DNA from: Bacillota bacterium
Lineage (GTDB): Bacteria; Bacillota; Sulfobacillia; JAMDAP01
Length of the DNA: 56,044 nt
Reading direction: 5' to 3'
NCBI GenBank assembly: GCA_050260815.1
Contig: JBLNCQ010000114.1
Location: 1-56,044 of the forward strand
Shown here: positions 11,725 through 20,180 of the stretch, in pieces
Layout: every line of letters starts with the position of its first letter
Position numbering within the stretch: the first letter of the stretch is position 1
Program-made: the position numbers and the translations under genes
Notes under the pieces: generated by a model
The model's input: only the letters and a program-made list of their open reading frames with translations
Databases searched by the model: none
What the model was told of the DNA's origin: nothing

Positions 11725-11805
11725 ACAGTGGTTTCATGTACGCGCCGGCACATCGCCTGCGAAACGGGTCGGGTACAATCGGCTCGGGGACAGGGCTGCG
11801 GAAGA

Positions 11806-13251
11806 TCAAGGAGCGGGGGGCTGGGTGTGAATCGTTTGCGAGACATCGTGGCATTTGTGGCAGGCATCGGCGGTCTGGTCGTCCGGGTCCTGCTCACAGG
11901 CGGAGCCGTAGGCCAGCGGCACGGCGAACGGCTTGCCCGTCACCTTGCTGTACTGCACCAAGCGTTCTCCCTCAAACCGCAGGAACGGCAGCGTCTCGCC
12001 GGCGCCGGTGAGGCCCACCCTGTCGCCTACCCGCAGCGACGGGAAGCCGGATTGCAGCCAGCGCGGGTCCGCCAGGGCTGGGTCGCCGGCGTTGATGACC
12101 GTGCTCCGCGGCGGCGCCTGCGTTGTGCCGTGGCAGTCATAGCAGCGGACGGACTGCGCCTGATACTTGTTGCCCGCCGGCTTCCCGTCGCGGGCCGGGT
12201 CGCCCATCGTGTCATGACGGCTGTGGCAGTCGATGCAGTCCAGGGAGACCTCGCAGCGGGCGTAGCTCTCGCCGGGAATGTAGTACTCGCGCACCCGGGC
12301 GGCCCAGGCGGCCCCGTCTGTGGTGGGAGCGTGGGAACTCGTGGGCAGGTCTGTCCGCCGCTCAAAGGTCATCGAGACCAGCGAGTGGATGCCCTGGTTG
12401 TGGCAGGCGTTGCACTGCGTGTAGGGAATGCTGGCGGTCAGTCGATGGACGGCGCCGTGGCCCGCCTGGTCCTTGGAGATGGTGACGTCCTTCCCCTCGT
12501 AGGTGCCGGACCGGTTGTACAGGTAGTGGCAGGCGCTGCAGCCGCCGGAGTAAGTCCGGCCGGCGTCGCCGTGGGCGCCGCCCCACAGGTGGCACTGGGA
12601 TAGGCAGTTCTGCTGGAACGCCTCCTCCTGGGGGTGCCCGTCCAGCGGCGCGGTGATGTCGGCGGGCGATCCGTCCACGGGAAAGGCCGGCCGCTCCGCG
12701 TCCTTCTGCAGGCCAAAGGCCACGCGCACCTGGTTGATCTCGCCGGCCTTGCTGGCCATCGGGCTCTGCGCCAACCGCCCGGCCATGTTCAGTTCGGGGT
12801 GCTCCCTGCCGCTGTGGCAGGCTGCACCGTTCGGCCCTGTGCCGCAGCTCTGCTGGGCCACGCGCAGGTCGCCGGGGTTGCCGCCGCCCACAAGTCCCTC
12901 ATGGGCCTCGGTCTTGTCCAGAGAAAGGCCGTTGCCGCCGTGGCAGCCAATGCACCCCAGGACCTCCACCGGGTGGCTGGGGCTGATCTCCTCGATGCCC
13001 AGGTGGCAGGTCTGGCACCGATCTACACGTCCGTCGGGCAGGGTCAGGCTGACCACCTGCGGACTGCGGTCAATGCCCTCTCGCTGGAAGTACAGGTCCT
13101 GGTACGCCTGCCATTCCTGCCGGCGGTCCTGCCGCAGGTTCACCCACGCCACCTGGGCCAGCAGGCCCAGGCTGAGCAGTGCGAACGAGGCGGCAAGAAC
13201 GGGCCCCCGCCGACCGTGCCGGTCCGGGGCGGGGACCGGGCCCGATTTCAT
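11806..13251 (-). CDS. Membrane-anchored multiheme cytochrome c (7 CxxCH plus 2 atypical sites)
   Basis: CQTCH, CIGCH, CSACH, CNACH, CIDCH, CYDCH and CHKCH, plus CLSQCH (CX3CH) and CGTGPNGAACH (CX8CH). N-terminal TM segment LAASFALLSLGLLAQVAWV. ATG 13251 sits 6 nt after ACAGGAGGTG (the track starts at GTG 13260). Confidence 0.85.
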   Translation of the reverse strand: MKSGPVPAPDRHGRRGPVLAASFALLSLGLLAQVAWVNLRQDRRQEWQAYQDLYFQREGIDRSPQVVSLTLPDGRVDRCQTCHLGIEEISPSHPVEVLGCIGCHGGNGLSLDKTEAHEGLVGGGNPGDLRVAQQSCGTGPNGAACHSGREHPELNMAGRLAQSPMASKAGEINQVRVAFGLQKDAERPAFPVDGSPADITAPLDGHPQEEAFQQNCLSQCHLWGGAHGDAGRTYSGGCSACHYLYNRSGTYEGKDVTISKDQAGHGAVHRLTASIPYTQCNACHNQGIHSLVSMTFERRTDLPTSSHAPTTDGAAWAARVREYYIPGESYARCEVSLDCIDCHSRHDTMGDPARDGKPAGNKYQAQSVRCYDCHGTTQAPPRSTVINAGDPALADPRWLQSGFPSLRVGDRVGLTGAGETLPFLRFEGERLVQYSKVTGKPFAVPLAYGSACEQDPDDQTADACHKCHDVSQTIHTQPPAP

Positions 13252-13278
13252 CCCGGCCACCTCCTGTGGGCGGGCAGG

Positions 13279-14328
13279 TCAGACCTGCCACCAGAAGTAG
13301 AGCGTTAGGGCTGTGAAGCATGTGGCGACAGCGAGCACCAGAGTACGCCCCAGCCAGGGGCGCCTCTCCTCCAGGTAGGGCGCCGACCCCAGCAGCAGAA
13401 CCGCGGCCAGCGGAACGGCCACGCCCGCCACGAAGGGGGACAGCCGGTGGAGCAGCACCTGTACTGCGCCAAACACCCAGGGCGCCGGCACCGGCGCGAC
13501 CGACGGCTGGTCTGGCGCCAGACCGAGCCCGGGAGGCAGAAGCAGGGCCAGGAGCAGCACCAGGTTGGCGACCGCCAGGCCGGCCACCCACTCGCGCGCG
13601 GCAAGCTGCGAGAGCGGGATGTGGGTTCCGTCGTCCGCTGCCGGGCGGCTGATTCCGCCATCGCGGCGGACGTGCCACAGGTGCCAGCCCATCACGCCGA
13701 AGCCCGCCAGCGGAAAGACCGAGCTGTGCCAGGCCGATAGGCCCAGCAGGGCCCCCTGCCCGCCCGAGCCGAAGATGAGGGCGGCCAGCGCCTGGCCCAC
13801 CACCGGCACCGACCGCAGGATGCTCCACCCCACCGTGGCTGCGGAAACGGCCTCCAGGTCGCCACGCAGCAGGTAGCCGGTGTAGTCAAGGCCCACCACC
13901 AGCACCAGGAGCCCGACGCCCAGCCACCAGTTGAACCGGCGGGGCGGCAGGAAGGCCCGCGTCAGGGCCACGCGCAGCAGGTGGAACAGTACCGTCACCA
14001 CCAGCATCTGCGCCGCCCAGAAGTGGAGCGAGCGGAAGAGCCAGCCGTAGGGCAGGACGTAAGTCAGGTTGGCCAGGCTGCGGTAGGCGCCATCTCCGGG
14101 CTGGTATTGGAACAGCAGGGGAAGGCCCGTGACCAGCAGCAGGAGGAACAACAGCACCGAGGCCCCTCCCAGGCCATAGGTATAGCGGAATCGGGCGGCT
14201 GAGGCAGGCACCCAGCCGGGACGGCCGTGGGACAGGAAGCCGCGGCGCCTGGTCAGCGTTCGCACGCCTGGTCTTGCGGCGGGACCCGGTTGGGTTGGCA
14301 TGGGCGCGTGTCGCTCCGGCAGCGCCAC
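13279..14328 (-). CDS. Cytochrome b (b6-type, fused with subunit IV-like C-terminus)
   Basis: HFWAAQMLVVTVLFH (H-x13-H) and HSSVFPLAGFGVMGWH (H-x14-H, b6/Firmicute type). GTG 14328 sits 8 nt after GGAGG; alternative ATG at 14301. The longer track ORF overlaps the Rieske gene. Confidence 0.85.
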   Translation of the reverse strand: MALPERHAPMPTQPGPAARPGVRTLTRRRGFLSHGRPGWVPASAARFRYTYGLGGASVLLFLLLLVTGLPLLFQYQPGDGAYRSLANLTYVLPYGWLFRSLHFWAAQMLVVTVLFHLLRVALTRAFLPPRRFNWWLGVGLLVLVVGLDYTGYLLRGDLEAVSAATVGWSILRSVPVVGQALAALIFGSGGQGALLGLSAWHSSVFPLAGFGVMGWHLWHVRRDGGISRPAADDGTHIPLSQLAAREWVAGLAVANLVLLLALLLPPGLGLAPDQPSVAPVPAPWVFGAVQVLLHRLSPFVAGVAVPLAAVLLLGSAPYLEERRPWLGRTLVLAVATCFTALTLYFWWQV

Positions 14329-14404
14329 AGGCGTCACCTCCAGAGAGACGGTGAGCAGCGGGGCAGCCCATGTTCCGTGCGTTGCTGCAGAGCAGGGCCG
14401 GCCC

Positions 14405-14905
14405 CTACAGGGGCAGGCGGAAACTTGCGTCAACCGTCCGGCTGAGATCCAGCCAGACGTGACCCTGAGCGTCCAGACGGAGCAGGGCTCGGGCCATGGC
14501 GATCCGGGCCGGCCCCTGGACAGGCCGGCCCTCAGCATCATAGCGGCTGGCATGGCAGGGGCAGGCAAACCCGCTGCCCTCTGCCCGGACAGCGCAGCCC
14601 AGGTGGGTGCACGTGCCTGCCAGTGCCTGCAGTCCGCGTTCGTCGCGGCTGATCCAGCAGTGTGTCTCGGGCACCTGCCGCCAAGACCCGGGAGGGAGGT
14701 CCGCCGCCAGCCTGGACGCCTCCCCCAGGTCCATAGGCTTGAGTCGACCTCTCGTGTCCCCATCCGGGGGCGAGGTGGCCATCAGACGGAAGAACGGTCC
14801 CAGCAGGCCGAGGCCGGCCAGGGCCAGGGCGCCCAGGCCGCCGGCCAGGAGGACGCGCCGGGTAATCCCGTTCCCCTCCAAGCTGTCCGCTCTTCCCTCC
14901 GACAT
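14405..14905 (-). CDS. Rieske 2Fe-2S protein with a twin-arginine signal
   Basis: CTHLGC..(x15)..CPCHASRY Rieske boxes. ITRRVLLAGG is a TAT-like motif followed by a TM segment. ATG 14905 follows AAAGGATGG. Confidence 0.9.
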   Translation of the reverse strand: MSEGRADSLEGNGITRRVLLAGGLGALALAGLGLLGPFFRLMATSPPDGDTRGRLKPMDLGEASRLAADLPPGSWRQVPETHCWISRDERGLQALAGTCTHLGCAVRAEGSGFACPCHASRYDAEGRPVQGPARIAMARALLRLDAQGHVWLDLSRTVDASFRLPL

Positions 14906-14957
14906 GGTGCGTCCATCCTTTCGGGAGCCCAGGGCACCCAGGCCCGGGCACAGCGTG

Positions 14958-16001
14958 CTAGTGCGTGTACCAGGCAAAGGCCTGGCCGGCATAGACGATG
15001 ACGTAGCGGAGCAGGAACCCGCCCACCAGGACCAGCGTGCCGGTGAGCAGCCCCAGGGTCGGAACCGTCGGGACTGGGGCCGGGCGTCTGGCCGGGTGGG
15101 CGTGGTGCCTCAGTTCAGCGGCCTCCAGAACGATGGGCAGCAGTACGCCCGCCAGCATGGGCCCCAGCCAGAACAGCCAGGCGTAGGACCCGGCCAGCAT
15201 GACGTCCCAGGCCTTCCGGGCCGTCAGGGTTCCCAGGCGACTGTAAAGGATCATCAGCAGCAGGGTGGCAAGCTCCAGGCCCAAAAGGACCAGGTCGCCC
15301 CGGAGGAGCAGGTTCATCTCCGGGTCGGCGTGCGCTCCGGATGAAGCGGCGGCCGCCTCGGCCCGGGCGGTCCCGGGTACGGCGGCGACGTGCGCCCCCG
15401 CCCGGGCTTCGGTCCATCGGGCCAGGAGGACGGAGACCATCACTCCGGCCAGGCCGGTGGACATGGCGGAGAAGAGGAACAGCAGGGGCATGAGCGGCGA
15501 GCCCCAAAGCGGACGGGTGCTGGCACCTAACAGGATGGCGGTGTAGATGGCCACGCCCACGGCGAAGGGCAGGCCCACGCCTGCCAGGGTGCGCCGCGTG
15601 CGGCGGAGGCCTTCGTCAGGGCCGCCGGCCGCAGCCCGCCAGCCCTTCGGCAGAACGCGCGCCACGGCTGCGCGCCAGCCGTGGGGGAGCCAGACAAAGA
15701 AGTACAACACGCTGATGATGAGGAACGCGGTGAGGAACCAGACGCCGAAGGACATGGGCGACGTCGGCCGCAGGGTGGTGAACAGCCAGTAGAACGCAAG
15801 GGGACGGCCCAGGTCCAGGACCAACAGGCCGGTGCCCACAGCCGCGGGAAATGGCGCCAAAAAGGCGCCCCAGGCGACGGTTCGGCGGTGCCGCTCCCCG
15901 CTGCCAAGCAGCACTGCGGCGGAGGTGGCGAAGGCGCCGGCGCTCACGCCGGCCAGGAACAGGTAGAGGACGATGAGAAAGCCCCAGGACATCTCATGCA
16001 T
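14958..16001 (-). CDS. NrfD/PsrC-type polytopic membrane (quinone-interacting) subunit
   Basis: About 8-9 TM helices. N-terminus MHEMSWGFLIVLYLFLAGVSAGAF is typical of the NrfD family. ATG 16001 sits 6 nt after GAAGGAGGTG and overlaps the psrB-like stop by 8 nt. Confidence 0.85.
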   Translation of the reverse strand: MHEMSWGFLIVLYLFLAGVSAGAFATSAAVLLGSGERHRRTVAWGAFLAPFPAAVGTGLLVLDLGRPLAFYWLFTTLRPTSPMSFGVWFLTAFLIISVLYFFVWLPHGWRAAVARVLPKGWRAAAGGPDEGLRRTRRTLAGVGLPFAVGVAIYTAILLGASTRPLWGSPLMPLLFLFSAMSTGLAGVMVSVLLARWTEARAGAHVAAVPGTARAEAAAASSGAHADPEMNLLLRGDLVLLGLELATLLLMILYSRLGTLTARKAWDVMLAGSYAWLFWLGPMLAGVLLPIVLEAAELRHHAHPARRPAPVPTVPTLGLLTGTLVLVGGFLLRYVIVYAGQAFAWYTH

Positions 16002-16689
16002 GGTTCGCACCTCCTTCGATGGAGGCCAGGGCCCGGGCCGGTGAGCCGGTCTCTCGGGCGGGCGCGCCGGGCACGAGGGCGTCCGCCACCTTCATGGTGG
16101 CGGTGGCACCGGCCTTCTCGAGGAAGTCCGCCGGCACCGGCACGTCAATGTAGTAGATGTTTGGTCCGGTGCCCGCTTCAGCGGCCGCCTGGTAGTGGGG
16201 GAAAGCTGCCAGCAGTCTGGACACGGCGCTGGTCGGGTCGTTCAGGTCACCGGCAACGCGCGCCTTGCCCAGGCAGGTGGCCACGCAGGCGGGCTCCAGG
16301 CCCTTGTCCAGGCGGTGGACGCAGAGGGTGCACTTGTCCACGGCGCCTGTTTCCTCGTTCAGGTAGCGGGCACCGTAGGGGCACGCCTGGATGCAGTACT
16401 GGCAGCCGATGCACTTCTCCTGGTGGATGAGGACAATGCCGTCCTCTTCCCGCTTATAGGAGGCGCCGGTCGGGCACACGCCCACGCAGGGCGCGTTATC
16501 ACAGTGCATGCAGTTGGCCGGCTGAAAGGTCTCTTGCAGGTTGGGGAAGACACCGGTGATGCCGCTGCTCTTGATCCAGTTGCGGCTGTTCGGGATGGGG
16601 ACCTCGTTCTCGGCCCGGCAGGCCACAGTGCAGGCCTTGCAGTCGATGCACCGGGCCGTCAGCATCACAAAGCCATAGCGCTTAGCCAC
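15994..16689 (-). CDS. 4x[4Fe-4S] ferredoxin-type electron-transfer subunit (PsrB/PhsB/HybA-like)
   Basis: CIDCKACTVAC, CMHCDNAPCVGVCP, CIGCQYCIQACP, CTLCVHR..CVATC cluster motifs. Confidence 0.9.
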   Translation of the reverse strand: MAKRYGFVMLTARCIDCKACTVACRAENEVPIPNSRNWIKSSGITGVFPNLQETFQPANCMHCDNAPCVGVCPTGASYKREEDGIVLIHQEKCIGCQYCIQACPYGARYLNEETGAVDKCTLCVHRLDKGLEPACVATCLGKARVAGDLNDPTSAVSRLLAAFPHYQAAAEAGTGPNIYYIDVPVPADFLEKAGATATMKVADALVPGAPARETGSPARALASIEGGANHA

Positions 16690-16703
16690 GGGTCATCGCC
16701 TCC

Positions 16704-19094
16704 TCATGCCTTGCTGACGGTGACAAAGGTCTGGCTCAGGGCCGACGAGCCCGCAATGGGGTCGGCATAGGTCTCGTGCAGCGCCGAGTCGCTGACGCCG
16801 CTCTGGTAGGCGGTCCGCAGCGCTTTGGACAGGTGGCCGAAGCCCGGCACCATGAACACGCAGTCGGGTCGGATGCCCTCGGTGACATAGGCCCGAGTGC
16901 GGACCTTGCCCACGGAACTTTCCACCACGACCACATCGCCCGTCCCAACGCCCAGCCTGGCGGCCACGCTGGTGTGGATCCAGACCGGGTTCTCCGGGAA
17001 GAGGTCGTGCAGCCAGCGGTTGTTCTGAGTACCCATCTGCGAGTGCTGCGCCACCTTGCCGGTGAGCAGGTAGAACTTGCCCGGAGGGGGAGCCGCCGGC
17101 TCCTCCCAGATGGGCACGCCCTTGCCCGCCACCTGGGCCAGCAGCGCGGAACTGATTTCAATCTTGCCGCTGGTCGTCTGAAATGTGAGCCCCGCCGCAG
17201 CATGCTCGGCGGCGCCGGCCTCCGGGGCGACGGCCTCCGAGGCAGCGGGCCCGGCAGCGGCTTCAGCGGCGCCGGCGGTGTCTGTAGCGGGCTCAGCGGC
17301 GCCGGCGAGCTCGGCGGCAACCGTCGCCTCCGCCTCGGACGGCTTCGCCTCAGCCTCCTCCGACTTCGGCGGCGCGTCATAGTACCCCCTGGCCTTGAAC
17401 TCGTCCAGGCTGACCGCGAAGGGCTTCATCTGGGCGGCCACCAGCTCTTCCTCGTTCTTGTAGGGGAAGTACTCGCCCAGCCCCAGCCGCTCGCCCAGCT
17501 GTTTGAAGATCATCAGGGCGGAGCGGGTGTCGTAGAGGGGCTCGATCACCGGCTGGCGCAGGAAGATGCGGTTGCCGGTGGCGATGACCGGGTCGTAGCG
17601 CTCCAGGTAGCTGGACTCCGGCAGGATGACGTCGGCGTAGTAGGCGGTGTCGTTGGGGATCACGTCTATGACCGCCAGCAGCTCCAGCTTGTTCAGGGCC
17701 TCAATGGTCTTGCGCCGGTCCGGCAGCGACAGGACGGGGTTCTGGCGCGAAACCAGCCAGCCGCGCGCCTGGTAGGGCTGCCCGGAGAGCACGGCGTCGC
17801 GGATGTTCTGGTAAATGCCGTAGACCAGGGGCACCAGCGGGAACTTCCAGGGCACGCCGTCCAGGCGCATGGCCGTGACCGGTGGGTAGGCCGGCTGGGG
17901 CAGGGTGCCCAGTTCCGGCCCCCCCTCCTCCCCGGCGCTGGGGATCAGGCCGCCCGGCTGGTTCCAGTTGCCGATCAGCGCGTTGAGCACCGCCATGGCC
18001 CGCTCGGTCTGGAAGGAGTTGAGGAAGTTGGAGGTGCGCCAGCCCGGGTGTACAAAGGCGTTCGGCCGGGCGGCGGCAAACTCCTGAGCAATGCGGCGGA
18101 TGGTGCGCGCCGGGATCTCCGTGCGGACCTCCGCCCACTCGGGCGTGTAGGGGTCCACTTCCTTCGCATACTCCTCAAAGCCAACGGTGTTGGCCTGCAG
18201 GAACTTCTCGTCGTAGAGCTTCTCCCTGACGATGACGTTGGCCATGGCCAGATAGAAGGCCAGGTCCGTGCCGGGACGGATGGGCAGCCATTCGCTGGCC
18301 TTGGCGGCCGACTTGGTGAAGCGGGGGTCCAGCAGGACCACATGGGCGCCGCGGTTCACCATGTCGACAAAGTCCTGGGTCTCGTTGTTGGAAATGGACT
18401 CCGCCAGGTTGCGCCCGGAGAAGATGGCGTATTTGGCGTGGGCGTAGTCGGTTCCGGGCTGCGCCTGGCCGAAAGTGAAGAGGTTGGCGATGGTCATGGA
18501 GTTGAAGCAGAGGCTGCGCTGGGTGCCGTAGTTGGGGCTGCCGTAGGCGCGCAGCAGGTTCTCAAAGTAGGGCTGGGAGAGGTTGTGCGTGGAGCTGAAA
18601 ACCATGGCCTCCGGCCCGTACTTCTCCTTGATCCGCTTCATCTCGCCCGCCGTGTAGTCCAGAGCCTCGTCCCAGGAGGCGCGGCGGAACAGCCCGCTCC
18701 CCCGGTCGCCGACCCGCATCAGCGGAAACTTGAGCCGGTCCGGGTCATACAGGACCTGGAGGCCGGCATTGCCGCGGGGGCAGAGCTTGCCGCGGTTGGC
18801 CGGGTGGTCGGGGTTGCCTTCCAGCTTCACCACAACGCCGTCGCGAACCCTGGCGTCCACACCGCAGCGCCAGACGCACATCTCGCAGAGGGTCTTCACC
18901 ACGCGCTCGCCTTGCTCACCGGCAGAGGCGGAACCGCTGGCCCTGGCCGGGCGGGCTCCGCCCGCCAGGACGCCGGCGGCGGCCAGACCCGCCGCCGCGG
19001 CGCTGCTGTAGCCAATGAACTGCCGGCGGCTGACCAACTGGTCCCAGGTGAAGATCTGGCCGATGCCCTCCGACTGCTTGGTATCCTTGGGCAT
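16704..19094 (-). CDS. TAT-exported molybdopterin oxidoreductase catalytic subunit, polysulfide/thiosulfate reductase-like (Psr/Phs family)
   Basis: SRRQFIG twin-arginine signal. CEMCVWRCGV..KLCPRG is the FS0 4Fe-4S motif. QRSLCFNS holds the probable Mo-ligand Cys. ATG 19094 sits 7 nt after AGGGAGGT. Contains an Ala/Glu/Pro-rich insertion (17190-17372). Confidence 0.9.
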   Translation of the reverse strand: MPKDTKQSEGIGQIFTWDQLVSRRQFIGYSSAAAAGLAAAGVLAGGARPARASGSASAGEQGERVVKTLCEMCVWRCGVDARVRDGVVVKLEGNPDHPANRGKLCPRGNAGLQVLYDPDRLKFPLMRVGDRGSGLFRRASWDEALDYTAGEMKRIKEKYGPEAMVFSSTHNLSQPYFENLLRAYGSPNYGTQRSLCFNSMTIANLFTFGQAQPGTDYAHAKYAIFSGRNLAESISNNETQDFVDMVNRGAHVVLLDPRFTKSAAKASEWLPIRPGTDLAFYLAMANVIVREKLYDEKFLQANTVGFEEYAKEVDPYTPEWAEVRTEIPARTIRRIAQEFAAARPNAFVHPGWRTSNFLNSFQTERAMAVLNALIGNWNQPGGLIPSAGEEGGPELGTLPQPAYPPVTAMRLDGVPWKFPLVPLVYGIYQNIRDAVLSGQPYQARGWLVSRQNPVLSLPDRRKTIEALNKLELLAVIDVIPNDTAYYADVILPESSYLERYDPVIATGNRIFLRQPVIEPLYDTRSALMIFKQLGERLGLGEYFPYKNEEELVAAQMKPFAVSLDEFKARGYYDAPPKSEEAEAKPSEAEATVAAELAGAAEPATDTAGAAEAAAGPAASEAVAPEAGAAEHAAAGLTFQTTSGKIEISSALLAQVAGKGVPIWEEPAAPPPGKFYLLTGKVAQHSQMGTQNNRWLHDLFPENPVWIHTSVAARLGVGTGDVVVVESSVGKVRTRAYVTEGIRPDCVFMVPGFGHLSKALRTAYQSGVSDSALHETYADPIAGSSALSQTFVTVSKA

Positions 19095-19107
19095 AGGACG
19101 AACCTCC

Positions 19108-19641
19108 CTAGACGTTGTGCTTTTCAAAGAAATAGAAGAGTAGCAGGGAGACCTGCGTGAAGAGCAAGATAATCAGCCAGGGGCTGACGTTCCAAAGGCT
19201 TGCCATGGTCACCGGACCGATGTTGGCCAGCTTGTAGATGGGCATGTACACGCTGTTGTAGCTCAGGCCGAAGAGGATGCCCCCAAAGAGGAAACCGAGC
19301 ACGGCGGGAATCAGGTAATCCAGGCTGCCCTGGCCGCTCCCGGCGGCACAGGTGCCCGGTCACAGTCCGCCGATGGCCATGCCCACGCCGAAGATCAGGC
19401 CGCCGACCACGTTGCCTACCACGTAGGTCTCGTTGACCTTGCTCATCTCCAGCAGGCCCAGTTCGTTCAGGCCGAAGACGCCGACCATGCCGACGATCAG
19501 TGCGGTCATCATGAACTTCATGACCGCCATGTCCTTAAACCGGAACACGTTCACGATCTTGTGGTACTTGGAGAGTCCGGCCTTCTGCAGGGCAAGGCCA
19601 AAACCCATGCCAAAGACCAGGGCCAGGGCGTACTGTCCCAT
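19108..19641 (-). CDS. YeeE/YedE-family (sulfur/selenium transport) half-permease B with an in-frame TGA (19360-19362) at the conserved Cys position; candidate selenoprotein or pseudogene
   Basis: The track splits it into 19360..20001 (C-terminal part MGQYALALVFGMGFG..GVGMAIGGL*) and 19108..19302. Both are in the same frame, and read-through gives GGL-U-PGTCAAGSGQGSLDYLIPAVLGF... ATGA overlap with half A. Size of 177 codons matches half A (175 aa). Confidence 0.6.
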
Positions 19642-20168
19642 CAGTACTTCCTCCCGTAAAGCAGCTTGGTTGTCACCACGCCGGAGGCAAACATACCGCC
19701 GATGAAGAGGAACCCGGCCGGAGCCAGCTGCAGCGAGCCGGAGATGGCCAGGCCGCTGGTGCAGCCTCCGGCGATTCCTGCGCCGTACTCCAGGATGGCG
19801 CCGGCCAGGAACACCGAGATCCAGCGGGTCCAGCGGTTGCCGCCAAAGGTCTCCACCCACTGGGGCGGGGCCGTCTCGATGTGGAAGTCGCCGGAGGACT
19901 TGGACGAGACGAAGGCGCCCAGGACGACGCCGATGATCAGGAACAACTGCCAGTTCAGCCCTGCCGGCATGATGTACTTGAAGTACATCTGCTCCGCCCA
20001 CGGGGCGCCGGTGGCCTTCAGGATGGTGCTGTCCAGGGTCTCAAAGGTGCCGGAGCCGCCCAGAAGCTGATCGGACAGCCAGTAGGCAAGGGTGGCCACC
20101 ACGCCCAGGAAGGCGCCGGCGGCATAGGGCGACCAGCTTTTCTTCTTCATGATCTCCATCAGGCCCAT
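19641..20168 (-). CDS. YeeE/YedE-family half-permease A
   Basis: Multi-TM protein with GAGIAGGCTSGLAISG (conserved GGC motif of the Sulf_transp/YeeE family). ATG 20168 sits 7 nt after GAGGAGG. Confidence 0.85.
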   Translation of the reverse strand: MGLMEIMKKKSWSPYAAGAFLGVVATLAYWLSDQLLGGSGTFETLDSTILKATGAPWAEQMYFKYIMPAGLNWQLFLIIGVVLGAFVSSKSSGDFHIETAPPQWVETFGGNRWTRWISVFLAGAILEYGAGIAGGCTSGLAISGSLQLAPAGFLFIGGMFASGVVTTKLLYGRKY

Positions 20169-20180
20169 GCTCCCGCCTCC

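Noticed and set aside
16704-19094. Possible selenocysteine in the molybdoenzyme, as in Sec-containing formate dehydrogenases.
   Set aside because: The catalytic-subunit frame is uninterrupted, and the putative Mo ligand is an ordinary Cys codon in QRSLCFNS.
16776-19160. Very long plus-strand ORFs, for example 794 aa at 16776..19160, 534 aa at 22772..24376, 571 aa at 48426..50141 and 467 aa at 32595..33998.
   Set aside because: They lie antisense to or out of frame with genes that carry unmistakable family motifs. Their translations are Arg/Gly/Ala/Pro-rich low-complexity sequence, typical of shadow ORFs in about 70% GC DNA.
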